A stretch of 43,835 nt of DNA from Acidimicrobiales bacterium (lineage in GTDB: Bacteria; Actinomycetota; Acidimicrobiia; Acidimicrobiales; RAAP-2). Under the pieces are notes generated by a model. That model did not search any database. It was given only the letters and a program-made list of their open reading frames with translations, and had not been told where the DNA came from. Made by a program: the position numbers and the translations under genes. This document shows, one piece after another, positions 16,465 through 26,171 of this stretch. The DNA is taken from assembly GCA_035602795.1 (NCBI GenBank), contig DATNLP010000413.1, positions 1 through 43,835 of the forward strand, read 5' to 3'. Numbering within the stretch: position 1 is the first letter of the stretch; each line of letters begins with the position of its first letter.

Positions 16465-17724
16465 GTGAAATTGGCAGGCAAAGGTCCAGACACAGGAGCC
16501 GCGGTCGACCTCGAAGGCGCCGACGCCGACAACGACGAGTTCGGCCTGTTCGACGACGCCGTGGCGGGCGACGCCCGGGATCCCTACCCCGAGCTGGCCC
16601 AGGCTCGTCGCGATACCCCGATCCAGATCCTGGACGCCTCGTTGATGCCACACGACGACGCGCATCCGGTCTACTTCATCTACCGCCACGACGACATCGC
16701 CGCCATTCTCCGAGACGGCGAGACCTTCTCCTCGGCCCACATCATCGACCTGATCATGGGACCGGTCATGGGCGAGCACATCATGCTGGGCATGGACGAC
16801 CCGCAGCACCGCCGCTACCGGGCACTGGTGACCACTGCGTTCCGCCAGAAGGTGCTCGCCACGTGGGAGACCGATCTGGTCGCCAAGGTGGTCAATGACC
16901 TCATCGACCGATTCGTCGATCGCGGTCACGCCGAGTTGGTCCGCGAGTTCACGTTCCCGTACCCGACCCAGATCATCGCCGGCCTCCTCGGCCTGCCGCG
17001 GCAGGACTACAAGCGGTTCCAACGCTGGTCCATCGCCATTCTCAGCTTCCTCAGCAAGCCGGAGGAAGCGATCGCCGCGTCGCAGGAAGTGAAGGAGTAC
17101 ATCGCCGACATCCTGGAGGAACGGCGCCAGACGCCTGCCCAGGACCTGATCAGTGACCTAGCCCGGGCCGAACTGGACGGCGAGCACCTGAGCGACGAGG
17201 AGATCTTCTCGTTCCTCCGGCTTCTGCTGCCTGCCGGGGTCGAGACCACGTTTCGCGCCACGGGGAACCTGCTCTTCTCGCTGCTCTCCCATCCGGACCA
17301 GCTCGACGCCGTCCGGGCCGACCGCCGCCTCATCCCGCAAGCGATTGAGGAGGCGCTCCGCCTCGAGACGCCGCTGCTCAACATCACCCGCTTGGCCACC
17401 AAGGACACGGAGATCGACGGCGTGTCAATTGAGGCCGGCTCGACCGTGATGCTCATGCTGGCAGCGGCCAACCGGGACGAGAACCGCCACGACGACCCCG
17501 ACGCCTTCGACATCTTCCGGAGCGATCCGAAGCCGCATATCTCCTTCGGACATGGGCCCCACATGTGTCTCGGCGTGCACCTGGCCCGGATCGAGATGCG
17601 GGTCGCCCTTGATCACTTGCTCGACCGCCTCCCCAACCTGCGCCTCGACCCGGCTGCGGTCGATCCGCACATCCGGGGCCAGGTGTTCCGGTCCCCCACC
17701 GACCTGCCGGTCCTCTTCGGATGA
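16465..17724 (+). CDS. Cytochrome P450
   Basis: ExxR (EEALRLETP) and heme-thiolate loop FGHGPHMCLGVHLAR. GTG at 16465 follows GGAAGG. The 5' part of the long ORF 15937..17724 is antisense to the SDR gene and was trimmed. Confidence 0.92.
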   Translation: MKLAGKGPDTGAAVDLEGADADNDEFGLFDDAVAGDARDPYPELAQARRDTPIQILDASLMPHDDAHPVYFIYRHDDIAAILRDGETFSSAHIIDLIMGPVMGEHIMLGMDDPQHRRYRALVTTAFRQKVLATWETDLVAKVVNDLIDRFVDRGHAELVREFTFPYPTQIIAGLLGLPRQDYKRFQRWSIAILSFLSKPEEAIAASQEVKEYIADILEERRQTPAQDLISDLARAELDGEHLSDEEIFSFLRLLLPAGVETTFRATGNLLFSLLSHPDQLDAVRADRRLIPQAIEEALRLETPLLNITRLATKDTEIDGVSIEAGSTVMLMLAAANRDENRHDDPDAFDIFRSDPKPHISFGHGPHMCLGVHLARIEMRVALDHLLDRLPNLRLDPAAVDPHIRGQVFRSPTDLPVLFG

Positions 17725-17762
17725 CAGCCAGATCCGTATGACCCTGAGAAACGGAGCGGACC

Positions 17763-19049
17763 ATGCACATTGACGACCTCATCCTCGTCTCCGTCGACGA
17801 CCACGTCGTCGAACCGAAAGACATGTTCGAGGGTCACATCCCGGCCAAGTACAAGGACCAGGCGCCGAAAGTGATCGTCAAGGACGACGGCACCGACGCC
17901 TGGGTGTTCGAAGGGCAGGAGGCCACCAACGTCGGGCTGAACGCCGTGGCAGGCCGGCCCCCCGACGAGTACGGCATCGAACCGACCCGATTTCGCGAGA
18001 TGCGGCCCGGCTGCCACGACATACACGAGCGCATCCGCGACATGAACGCGAACGGCGTGCTCGCCTCGCTGAACTTCCCGTCCTACCCGCAGTTCTGCGG
18101 CCAGTACTTCGCCCGGGCGACCGACAAGGACCTGGCCATCGCCGTGCTGCGCGCCTACAACGACTGGCACGTGGACACATGGTGCGGGACCTACCCGGGA
18201 CGTATGATCCCCCTCGCGCTCCCGCCGATCTGGGACGTTGAGCTGATGGCGGACGAGGTGCACCGCGTGGCGAAGAAGGGCTGCCACGCCGTCACCTTCT
18301 CGGAGAACCCCGAGAAACTCGGCTACCCCTCCTTGCACAATGAGCACTGGGACCCGTTCTGGACCGCATGCAGCGAGGAGAACACCGTCGTCTGCCTGCA
18401 CATCGGGTCGTCGTCGCAGGTTGTGGTGACGTCGATCGAGGCACCAATCGACACGCTGATCACTTTGCAGCCGATCAACATCGTCCAGGCGGCGGCCGAT
18501 CTGCTGTGGTCGCCGGTGCTACGGAAATTCCCCGACATCACGTTCGCGCTCAGCGAGGGAGGAATCGGATGGATCCCCTACTTCCTCGAGCGGGTGGACA
18601 ACGTCTATAAGCACCACCGGGCCTGGACCCACCAGAACTTCGGTGACAAGTTGCCGAGCGAGGTCTTCTCGGAGCGGATCGTAACCTGCTTCATCGACGA
18701 CGCCTTCGGGATTGAGGTCCGGGACAAGCTCAACGTCGACATGATCACCTGGGAGTGCGACTACCCCCACTCCGACTCTGTCTGGCCCGAGTCGCCGGAA
18801 GTGCTGGCCGAGTATCTCGTCGGCGTGCCGACCGAGGAGGTGGCGAAGATCACGCACGAAAACGCTCTGCGAGTCTTCTCCTTCGACGCGTTCGCACATG
18901 TGCCGAAGAGCGTGGCCACCGTCGGCGCCCTGCGGGCCCAGGCTACCGACGTCGACCTGGGCTACCGCTCCTCGGCCCGTCTCAAGAAGACGGGCACCGA
19001 CACCGTCAGCGTGCTCAGCCTGGCCAGCACCTTGTCGCCGGCCAGCTGA
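17763..19049 (+). CDS. Amidohydrolase-2 (ACMSD-like, metal-dependent TIM-barrel hydrolase/decarboxylase) family protein
   Basis: LILVSVDDHVVEP start motif, FSENP, and WECDYPHSD near the C-terminal metal-site region. About 428 aa, typical of the actinobacterial family. Confidence 0.85.
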   Translation: MHIDDLILVSVDDHVVEPKDMFEGHIPAKYKDQAPKVIVKDDGTDAWVFEGQEATNVGLNAVAGRPPDEYGIEPTRFREMRPGCHDIHERIRDMNANGVLASLNFPSYPQFCGQYFARATDKDLAIAVLRAYNDWHVDTWCGTYPGRMIPLALPPIWDVELMADEVHRVAKKGCHAVTFSENPEKLGYPSLHNEHWDPFWTACSEENTVVCLHIGSSSQVVVTSIEAPIDTLITLQPINIVQAAADLLWSPVLRKFPDITFALSEGGIGWIPYFLERVDNVYKHHRAWTHQNFGDKLPSEVFSERIVTCFIDDAFGIEVRDKLNVDMITWECDYPHSDSVWPESPEVLAEYLVGVPTEEVAKITHENALRVFSFDAFAHVPKSVATVGALRAQATDVDLGYRSSARLKKTGTDTVSVLSLASTLSPAS

Positions 19050-19081
19050 CCCGGCCGCGGACCGCTGAGCAAGGCCGCACT

Positions 19082-20005
19082 GTGATCGACTTCGACGAGC
19101 AGGTGGTCATCGTGACCGGAGCCGGTCGTGGGCTCGGGCGCCTGTACGCCCTGGACCTCGCCGCACGGGGTGCCTCGGTCGTGGTCAACGATCTCGGAGG
19201 GACCATGCACGGCCACGGGGCCGACGACAGCATTGCCGACAAAGTGGTCAAGGAGATCGAGGTGGCGGGCGGTGTTGCCGTAGCCTCCCATGACTCGGTG
19301 GCCACGCCCGAGGGTGGCGACGCCATTGTGCAGAGTGCGCTGAAAACGTACGGCCGACTCGATGCCGTGGTGAGCAATGCCGGGATCTTCCATACCGCGC
19401 CCTTCGACGAACTCGAAGTGGATGACTGGCGCCGAATGTTGAACGTCCACGTCGACGGCGGCTTCTTCCTCAGCCAGCCGGCCTACCGGGTAATGAAGGC
19501 GCAGGGCTATGGCCGCTTCGTCTTCATCGCCTCCTCGGCCGGGCTCTTCGGGCAGCCCAACTCGGCTCACTACGCCGCCGCCAAGGCCGCCCTCTTGGGA
19601 TTGACCAACGTGATCGCCATCGAGGGTGCGGAGCACGGGATCCTGGCCAACACGATGCTGCCGTTCGGCTACTCGCGCATGGTAACCGAGACGATCGGCG
19701 AGCTCCCCGAGGACTCCGAGTTCCTGCATGCCATCGATCCGCAATGGGTCGTGCCCATCGTCACCTACCTCTCCAGCAAGGCCTGCGACGTCAGCCATCA
19801 CAACTACTCGGCCTGCGCCGGCCGCTTCGCCCGCGTCTTCGTGGGCCTGGCCGAGGGCTGGCTGGCTGAGCGTGGCAAGCCGCCGACCGCTGAAGATGTT
19901 GCCGCCCACCTCGCCGAGGTCACGGCGACCGAGCCGTTCACCATCCCGGGCTCCATCTTCGACGAGGTCGCGGGGATCGTTTCCCGGCTGGGCCTGACCA
20001 GCTGA
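19082..20005 (+). CDS. SDR family oxidoreductase (hydroxyacyl-CoA / hydroxysteroid dehydrogenase-like)
   Basis: VVIVTGAGRGLGRLYALDLAARGASVVVNDLGG, NAGI, and YAAAK catalytic motif. GTG at 19082 chosen inside the longer ORF. Confidence 0.88.
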   Translation: MIDFDEQVVIVTGAGRGLGRLYALDLAARGASVVVNDLGGTMHGHGADDSIADKVVKEIEVAGGVAVASHDSVATPEGGDAIVQSALKTYGRLDAVVSNAGIFHTAPFDELEVDDWRRMLNVHVDGGFFLSQPAYRVMKAQGYGRFVFIASSAGLFGQPNSAHYAAAKAALLGLTNVIAIEGAEHGILANTMLPFGYSRMVTETIGELPEDSEFLHAIDPQWVVPIVTYLSSKACDVSHHNYSACAGRFARVFVGLAEGWLAERGKPPTAEDVAAHLAEVTATEPFTIPGSIFDEVAGIVSRLGLTS

Positions 20006-20130
20006 GAAAGGCCCGACCAGACCGACAGCGACGTTCCGTGCTGTCTTCGGGCGTTCCACTACGCAGCTCGAAACCCAGGTGCGGATTACCGAGGCGCGTA
20101 GACGCCGAATTTCGGTACCCCGAGGCGGCG

Positions 20131-20322
20131 CTAGTCCTCTATAGAAATGGCGTTCTTCGGACAGGCACGCACGGCCTCCATGAGCCGCTCGCGCATCTCC
20201 TCGGGTGGGTTCTCGTTCAGCACGTAGAGGAAGTCGTCGTCGCGCACCTCGAAGACCTCGGGAATGATGCCCATGCACAGGGCATTGCTCTCGCACAGGT
20301 CGAAATCGACGACGACTCGCAT
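20131..20322 (-). CDS. Small ferredoxin (3Fe-4S type, P450 redox partner-like)
   Basis: MRVVVDFDLCESNALCMG...ACPKNAI (CxxxxxC...CP). GGAGGA sits 6 nt upstream of the ATG at 20322, and the ORF track start at 20328 abuts it. Confidence 0.85.
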   Translation of the reverse strand: MRVVVDFDLCESNALCMGIIPEVFEVRDDDFLYVLNENPPEEMRERLMEAVRACPKNAISIED

Positions 20323-20394
20323 CAGCATTCCTCCGGGTTCGAACGGTCAGGCAGAACGGGCCAACATTACGGCACGGCCGCTGCGCCCTCAGAA

Positions 20395-21141
20395 TCAGAT
20401 GTACATCCCGCCGTTGACCCCGATGATCTGGCCCGTGACATAGGCGCCGTCCTCCGAGCACAGGTACGAACAGGCCCCGGCGATGTCGTCAGGCGTGCCC
20501 GCCCGCTTGAGCGGGACCATCTTCGCCATGATCTCCACGCTCGGGACGTGGCCCTCCTCCTCCCCCTTTCGGGCCATCGGCGTGTCCACGATGGTCGGCG
20601 GGATCGTGTTGACCGTGATCCCATGACCAGCCAGCTCGCGGGCGAAGGCCTTGGTCAGCCCGATGACGCCGCCCTTCGAGGCCACGTAGTGAGCCATGTT
20701 GGGAGCACCCGACTGGGCGCTCGACGAGGAGATCGTGACGATGCGGCCCCACTGCGCCTCGATCATGTCCGGCACGGCCAGCTGCATGGAGACGAAGGTG
20801 CCGGTCAGGTTGACTGCGATGACCCGGTCCCAGCGCTCGGCCGAGATGTCGGTCACGGGGTCGAACGCCTCCATGCCGGCGCTGGTGACCACGATCGTGA
20901 TCGGACCCAGGTCCTTGCGCACCGCCGCGTACGCCTGCTCGAGCCCGGCCCGGTCGGCGACGTCGACGCCGAAGCCGGCGGCCGTCGACCCTCCGGCGGA
21001 CAGCTCGGCCGCGGCCGCCTGCGCGGCGGCGCCGTCGAGGTCCAGCAGCGCCACCGCGTGACCGTCACTCGCCAACCGGCGGGCCACGCCCAGTCCGATG
21101 CCCGACGCCGCGCCCGTCACCACGGCCACCCGTGTGCTCAT
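20395..21141 (-). CDS. SDR family oxidoreductase (FabG-like)
   Basis: VAVVTGAASGIGLG, NLTG, YVASKGG, PGxxxT-like IPPTIVDT. ATGA overlap with the upstream P450 stop. Confidence 0.92.
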   Translation of the reverse strand: MSTRVAVVTGAASGIGLGVARRLASDGHAVALLDLDGAAAQAAAAELSAGGSTAAGFGVDVADRAGLEQAYAAVRKDLGPITIVVTSAGMEAFDPVTDISAERWDRVIAVNLTGTFVSMQLAVPDMIEAQWGRIVTISSSSAQSGAPNMAHYVASKGGVIGLTKAFARELAGHGITVNTIPPTIVDTPMARKGEEEGHVPSVEIMAKMVPLKRAGTPDDIAGACSYLCSEDGAYVTGQIIGVNGGMYI

Positions 21142-22439
21142 GATGCCTCCTCGGACGGCGTGAACTCGATGTACAACTTGTGCAGGCCGCGCAGCACCCA
21201 CGTCGGTTCATAGCTGAACCGACGATTTCCGGGAGGCCCATGGTGCTCCTCGGACAACCGGATGTTCCGCATGCGATCCAAAATCCGCTCCACGCTGACC
21301 CTTCCCTCCACGCGCGCCAGCGGACCGCCCGGGCACGAGTGGGGACCGCGCCCGAACGCGAGATGCGACTTGGCGTTGGGCCGGTCGGCCCGGAATTCCG
21401 CCGGTGCCTCGAACAGCCGGGGGTCGCGGTTGGCCGCGCCGTTCAACACCATGACGGGGGTCCCGGCGGCGATGTCCACACCGGCCACGGTGGTGTTGCG
21501 CCGGGCCAACCGGAAGTCTGCCTTCACCGGGCTCTCGATGCGGAGCGCCTCCTCAATGAAGCCGGGGATGCGGTCACTGTGCGCCCGCAGCTCGTCCTGC
21601 AATTCGGGGTACTCGCTCAGGTACTTCAACGCGACGGCGAGTAGACGGGCCGTCGTCTCCTGGCCGGCGGCGAAGAGGAAGGTCGCCGTACGCACGACCG
21701 AGGCGACATCGGGCACCGACCCGTCCGGGTAGGTGCCCAGCGCCAGATCCGTCAGCACATCCTTGCGTGGGCTGCGCCGGCGGTCCTCGATGTACTCGGC
21801 GAAGGTGTCGTCGAGCCACGACAGCGCGTTGAGCTCGCTGCCCTCGGGGTGCACGCCCGTCACGCCGCCTCCGATCTCTCCGGGCGGCGCACTCAGCAAC
21901 CCGAAGCCCTCGCGAAAGCGCCGGTGGTCCTCCTCGGGCACGCCGAGCACGTCGGCCACGGCCAGCATGGCGAAGGGCTGGGAGTACGCACTGATGAACT
22001 CGCAGTGGCCGGCGCCGACGAACTCGTCGATCTGCCGGTCGGCCATCCGCCACATGAACGCCTCGTTCTCCTTCAGGCGCTTGGGCGTCAGCAGGCGCAT
22101 GATCAGGGCCCGCTCCTGCGTGTGCATGGGCGCGTCCATGGTGACCATGTGTTCGTTCATCGGGAGCTGGTCCCGGTGGGCGTCGATGATGTCGCCGACG
22201 TCGTCACCCTCGAGCGGGACGGGGAAGGCGGCGAACGGGCCGATGACGGAGTTGCACGAGGAGAAGGTCGCCGTGTCGAGATAGATCTCGGCCGCCTCTT
22301 CGTACCCCGACACCGCCACCACGCCGTGCGTCGCTGTCGGCGTCACCGGGCACTTCGAGCGCAGATGATCGAAATACGGGTAGGGGTCTTCGAGCAGCGA
22401 TTCGTCGCTGAAGAAGTCGACCTCGTCGTAGTTGACCAT
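21138..22439 (-). CDS. Cytochrome P450
   Basis: ExxR (EEALRIESP) and heme loop FGRGPHSCPGGPLAR. ATG at 22439 gives MVNYDEVDFFSDESLLEDPYPYF, a typical P450 N-terminus. Confidence 0.92.
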   Translation of the reverse strand: MVNYDEVDFFSDESLLEDPYPYFDHLRSKCPVTPTATHGVVAVSGYEEAAEIYLDTATFSSCNSVIGPFAAFPVPLEGDDVGDIIDAHRDQLPMNEHMVTMDAPMHTQERALIMRLLTPKRLKENEAFMWRMADRQIDEFVGAGHCEFISAYSQPFAMLAVADVLGVPEEDHRRFREGFGLLSAPPGEIGGGVTGVHPEGSELNALSWLDDTFAEYIEDRRRSPRKDVLTDLALGTYPDGSVPDVASVVRTATFLFAAGQETTARLLAVALKYLSEYPELQDELRAHSDRIPGFIEEALRIESPVKADFRLARRNTTVAGVDIAAGTPVMVLNGAANRDPRLFEAPAEFRADRPNAKSHLAFGRGPHSCPGGPLARVEGRVSVERILDRMRNIRLSEEHHGPPGNRRFSYEPTWVLRGLHKLYIEFTPSEEAS

Positions 22440-22508
22440 GTGCCTCCGATCACGCCCGCGCCGGGCTGCTGCCGCAAATGCTGTGCGACTGCTTAGCACG
22501 CTGCGGTA

Positions 22509-22528
22509 TGCTGTGCAATCGCACAGCA
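22509..22528. promoter_or_regulatory. Inverted repeat TGCTGTGC-AATC-GCACAGCA, candidate TetR operator
   Basis: 8-bp perfect arms with a 4-bp spacer. Lies 16 nt upstream of the TetR ATG (22544) and 70 nt upstream of the divergent P450 start. The left arm ATGCTGTGC is also repeated directly at 22478..22486. Confidence 0.6.
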
Positions 22529-22543
22529 GCTGGAACTGACCCC

Positions 22544-23170
22544 ATGACATCGACCCGCCGCATCGGAACCGAGACTTCGGCCACCCGTACCGCCCTCCTC
22601 GATGCCGCCCAGCAGGTCTTGCTCGAGGAGGGCTACGCCGCGGCCACCTCCCGCCGGGTGGCGGCGCGGGCCGGCCTCAAGCCCCAACTCGTCCACTACT
22701 ACTTCCGCACGATGGACGATCTCTTCCTGGCGCTCGTCCGGCGGGGGGCGGAGCAGAACCTCGAGCGCCAGGCCGAAGCGCTGGCCTCGCCGTGCCCGCT
22801 ACGGGCGCTGTGGGAGCTCAGCAACGACCCGGCCGCCAGCGCGCTGACAATCGAATTCGCGGCGCTGGCCAATCACCGCAAGGCCATCCGGGCGGAGCTG
22901 GCGTCCTATGGCGAGCAGTTCCGCCGACTGCAAACTGAGGCGCTCAATCGGATCTTCGAGCGCTACGGCATCGACTCCCGCGCCTACCCGCCCGAGGTGA
23001 TGATCGTCACCATGACCAGCCTGTCGCAGGTGATGGGCATGGAACAGCTCCTGGGCATGACGGCGGGCCACGACGCGACCCGCCAGCTCGTCGAAGGGTT
23101 GCTCGCTCGCTATGAGCATGACTCAGCCGGTTCTGCCCTCACCTTGCCCGGAGGGTCACCCCCCGACTAA
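22544..23170 (+). CDS. TetR/AcrR family transcriptional regulator
   Basis: TRTALLDAAQQVLLEEGYAAATSRRVAARAGLKPQLVHYYFRTMDDLF (HTH). About 208 aa. Divergent from the P450-SDR-ferredoxin operon. Confidence 0.88.
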   Translation: MTSTRRIGTETSATRTALLDAAQQVLLEEGYAAATSRRVAARAGLKPQLVHYYFRTMDDLFLALVRRGAEQNLERQAEALASPCPLRALWELSNDPAASALTIEFAALANHRKAIRAELASYGEQFRRLQTEALNRIFERYGIDSRAYPPEVMIVTMTSLSQVMGMEQLLGMTAGHDATRQLVEGLLARYEHDSAGSALTLPGGSPPD

Positions 23171-23288
23171 AGCCCACGTGGCCTTTGGTCGGCGAGGCTC
23201 CCGACGATGCCGGATCCGTCGCCGCAGATCCGTAGCTGGACGCCACATGCCGATCGCCCCTTCGGAAGTGTGGCCGAGAACTGATGCA

Positions 23289-26171
23289 TCACCCTGTTGG
23301 CGCGTGTGGATTCGCTCCTGGAACCTCGGTGAGTTGCTCTTCCGGTACCGGTGTTGAAATCGGCCCCTGGTCCAACGGCATCGACGCGGCGTCACCGCTC
23401 CGAGCGATGGCCCTCTCGTCGGTACCGAGATAGCTGGCGATGACCTTCGGGTCTTCGCGCAGCTCGTGGGGTGTCCCCTCGGCGATGATGCGCCCGGTCT
23501 CGAGGCAGTACACGCGCCCGGACATTCCCATGATGAGAGGCATGTCGTGCTCGATCAGGAGCACCGAGGCCGAGAGCTCCTCGCGGATGGCAACGATCAG
23601 CGGCCCGAACGCCTCCGTCTCACGTTGCGCCAGTCCCGCCGTGGGCTCATCGAGGCAGAGCACCTTGGCATCGAGAGCAAGCAGGCCCGCAAGTTCGACG
23701 ATGCGGCGTGTCCCCGTTGACAGATCGGAGATGTAGTGGTCCTGATACCGGCCGAGGCCCAGAAAATCAACCAGCTCGGAGACCTCAGCCTTTGCCGCCT
23801 TGCTATGACGCCTGGCTTTCGGCAGCCCGAACGCACTGGGAAGGAGGCTCGACACAGCCTTCGCCTCGACGGCCACCAGCAAGGTCTCGGTGACCGTCAA
23901 CTCGGGGAACAGGGTGGCGGACTGGAAGGTACGCCCCAGACCCAGGGTGGCGCGGTACCCGGGGGGCTTGCCCGACACTTCGTTGCCCAGCAAAGTCACC
24001 GATCCCGTGGAAGGGACGAATCCTCCGATGGCATTCATGAGCGTGGACTTGCCGGCCCCGTTGGCGCCGATGAGGCCCACGATCTCCCCGCTGCGGACGT
24101 TGAGGGATACGCCGTCCACCGCCAAGAGGCCGCCGAAACGGACCCTCAGGTCACTGACCTCGAGCACCGGGCCGGACGCTGCGAAATCGACGTCGGCTGC
24201 TCGGTGCTTCCGAACCACTTCGGCGGCCTTGGGACGTTCCGCCATCGGTTGCTCCCCCACCCTCTTGTCGGCCCAGGACAAGATCGCGTCGCGAACCCCG
24301 GAGGTCAGCTGGTTCAGGCCCCGAGGGAAGTACAACAAGACGATCAGGAGCCCCAGGCTCGAGCTCAGCAGCCCGACCAAGGCATTGTTCGGGGCGAGTG
24401 CGGGGATCCCGATCACAACGACGGCGCCGATGATGGCGCCCGAGACCGACCCCATACCTCCGATCACCACCATGGCCACCAGGTTGAGGGAGTCGTTCAC
24501 CAAGAAGAAGTCCTGGGTGAACGCGATGTTGGCGTAGGCGCCGGCCAGGAGCGCCCCACCCAGGCCGGCGAGACCACCGGAAACGGCGAAGGTCTGGAGC
24601 TTCAGACGTACGGGCCGCACCCCGTATGCGGTGGCCGCCACCTCATTGTCCCGTAGCGCCCTGATGGTGCGGCCGGCGCCGCTGTCGCGCAGCCGGCTGA
24701 GCATCAGCACCACGAGCGCAAGGACGACGAGGACGACGTAGTAGTAGGTCTTCTGCCCGGGGAAGTTGAGGAACCCGAGCTTGCCCGGGACGAAGGGCAC
24801 GTTGGCGCCATCGGGCGATTCTCCGGAGAAGAAGGGCAGGTAATAGAAATACTGCTCGGCGGTCAGCGCAAGGACGAAGGTGACGACGGCCAGGTAGAGA
24901 CCCCGTACCCGCAGCGAGCCGATCCCCACCCCGAGAGCGAGCAAACCGGAGGCCGCCGCCGTGGCCAGGACGGCAAACCAGAAGGGGACACCATCGGTGA
25001 CCAGGCGCGCCGCGAAGAGCGCCGCCAGCCCGGCGAAGGCCATCTGTCCCAGGGACAGCTGCCCGAGCCAACCGGTCAGGATGGTCAGCGACGAGGCGCA
25101 GATGGCGAAGCCCAGGACGGCGGTGAAGAGCTGCTGGCTCGAGGGCTCGCTCTTGATGAGGGGCAGCACCACGGCAATGGCGCCGAGGAGCAAGATGCCG
25201 CCCTTGTCGATGTTGCGGGCCCACCAGACGGAGCGCAGACGTGCGGGGATCGGACGTGTGCGCGGCGAGAAGGCGAAGACGCCGGAATCCTCCCCTTCAC
25301 GCTTGGCAAAGATGACGGCTACGAACACGGCGATGAACAGCAACAGGTCGGTGATACCGGGAGTGGCCAAGAAGTTGTAGGAGAGGACACTCTGCACAAT
25401 CGCAATCACCACGGAGGCCAGGACTGCGACGCGGAAGGAGCGCAGTCCGGCGATGACCGCTGCGGCGAGGCCGTAGGCGAGGGTCTCGGGGCCCAGGTTG
25501 GAAAGCCCCGCCGCCGTCGACGATTCGCCGGCGAAGAGGATGACCGAGAGGGTCGAGAGCACCGCGGCGAGGGACCACACCATGGTGGAGACCAACTTGG
25601 GTGAGATCGACGACAGACGGGCGAGCGATGGGTTGGCCGCGCTCGCCTTGACGGTCTTGCCGATCATGGTGTGATCGAGGAACCAGATGAGGGCCACCAC
25701 GGCGACTGGGACCAGGACCAGCACGGCGAGGTCGGCGCCGCGCACGTTGACGCCCGCGATCGTCCACGTGCTCAACCCGAAGGCGGCCGGGTAGTGAGCG
25801 CTGGCGTCCGACGGCTGAGGAATTTTGAAGGCGATGACCTGCGCCACGCCACCGATGCCGATGGTGGCGACAAGGACCACGACACGAGGGGCGTTGCGAA
25901 GGCGGCGGATCACCGTCATTTCGATGACTGCGCCAAACACCAGACCGGCGATGAGCGAGATGACCAGCGCTACCCAGAACGGGACGTGGTACTGGACGAC
26001 GAGGAGCGCCAGGAGGGCCGCACCGATCACGCCCATGTTGCCCACGGCAAAGTTGATGATCCTGGTCGCCCGGTAGACGAGCACCACACCGACGGCGATC
26101 AGCGCGATGGCGAGACCCTGGACGAGACCGTCCCAGACGATTTGGGAATTGACCCAGGAAACGGCCAGCAT
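23289..26171 (-). CDS. HAAT ABC transporter triple fusion: LivH-like permease + LivM-like permease + LivG-like ATPase (960 aa)
   Basis: N-terminus: VQGLAIALIAVGVVLVYRATRIINFAVGNMG (LivH). Middle: GQLSLGQMAFAGLAALF...RVRGLYLAVVTFVLAL (LivM). C-terminus: LEVSDLRVRFGGLLAVDGVSL, GANGAGKST, LSTGTRRIVELAG, LCLDEPTAGL (LivG). The ORF is uninterrupted. Confidence 0.9.
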   Translation of the reverse strand: MLAVSWVNSQIVWDGLVQGLAIALIAVGVVLVYRATRIINFAVGNMGVIGAALLALLVVQYHVPFWVALVISLIAGLVFGAVIEMTVIRRLRNAPRVVVLVATIGIGGVAQVIAFKIPQPSDASAHYPAAFGLSTWTIAGVNVRGADLAVLVLVPVAVVALIWFLDHTMIGKTVKASAANPSLARLSSISPKLVSTMVWSLAAVLSTLSVILFAGESSTAAGLSNLGPETLAYGLAAAVIAGLRSFRVAVLASVVIAIVQSVLSYNFLATPGITDLLLFIAVFVAVIFAKREGEDSGVFAFSPRTRPIPARLRSVWWARNIDKGGILLLGAIAVVLPLIKSEPSSQQLFTAVLGFAICASSLTILTGWLGQLSLGQMAFAGLAALFAARLVTDGVPFWFAVLATAAASGLLALGVGIGSLRVRGLYLAVVTFVLALTAEQYFYYLPFFSGESPDGANVPFVPGKLGFLNFPGQKTYYYVVLVVLALVVLMLSRLRDSGAGRTIRALRDNEVAATAYGVRPVRLKLQTFAVSGGLAGLGGALLAGAYANIAFTQDFFLVNDSLNLVAMVVIGGMGSVSGAIIGAVVVIGIPALAPNNALVGLLSSSLGLLIVLLYFPRGLNQLTSGVRDAILSWADKRVGEQPMAERPKAAEVVRKHRAADVDFAASGPVLEVSDLRVRFGGLLAVDGVSLNVRSGEIVGLIGANGAGKSTLMNAIGGFVPSTGSVTLLGNEVSGKPPGYRATLGLGRTFQSATLFPELTVTETLLVAVEAKAVSSLLPSAFGLPKARRHSKAAKAEVSELVDFLGLGRYQDHYISDLSTGTRRIVELAGLLALDAKVLCLDEPTAGLAQRETEAFGPLIVAIREELSASVLLIEHDMPLIMGMSGRVYCLETGRIIAEGTPHELREDPKVIASYLGTDERAIARSGDAASMPLDQGPISTPVPEEQLTEVPGANPHAPTG

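Noticed and set aside
20024-20045. Hairpin GACAGC-N10-GCTGTC followed by TTCGGG, downstream of the SDR gene at 19082..20005.
   Set aside because: The stem is only 6 bp, the loop is large and the T-tract is poor. This is not convincing as an intrinsic terminator.
23169-23186. Near-palindrome AAAGCCCACGTGGCCTTT immediately after the TetR stop codon, in the 118-nt convergent gap.
   Set aside because: It has one arm mismatch, no U-tract and no second copy in the window. It might be a weak bidirectional terminator or a binding site, but the evidence is insufficient to call it.
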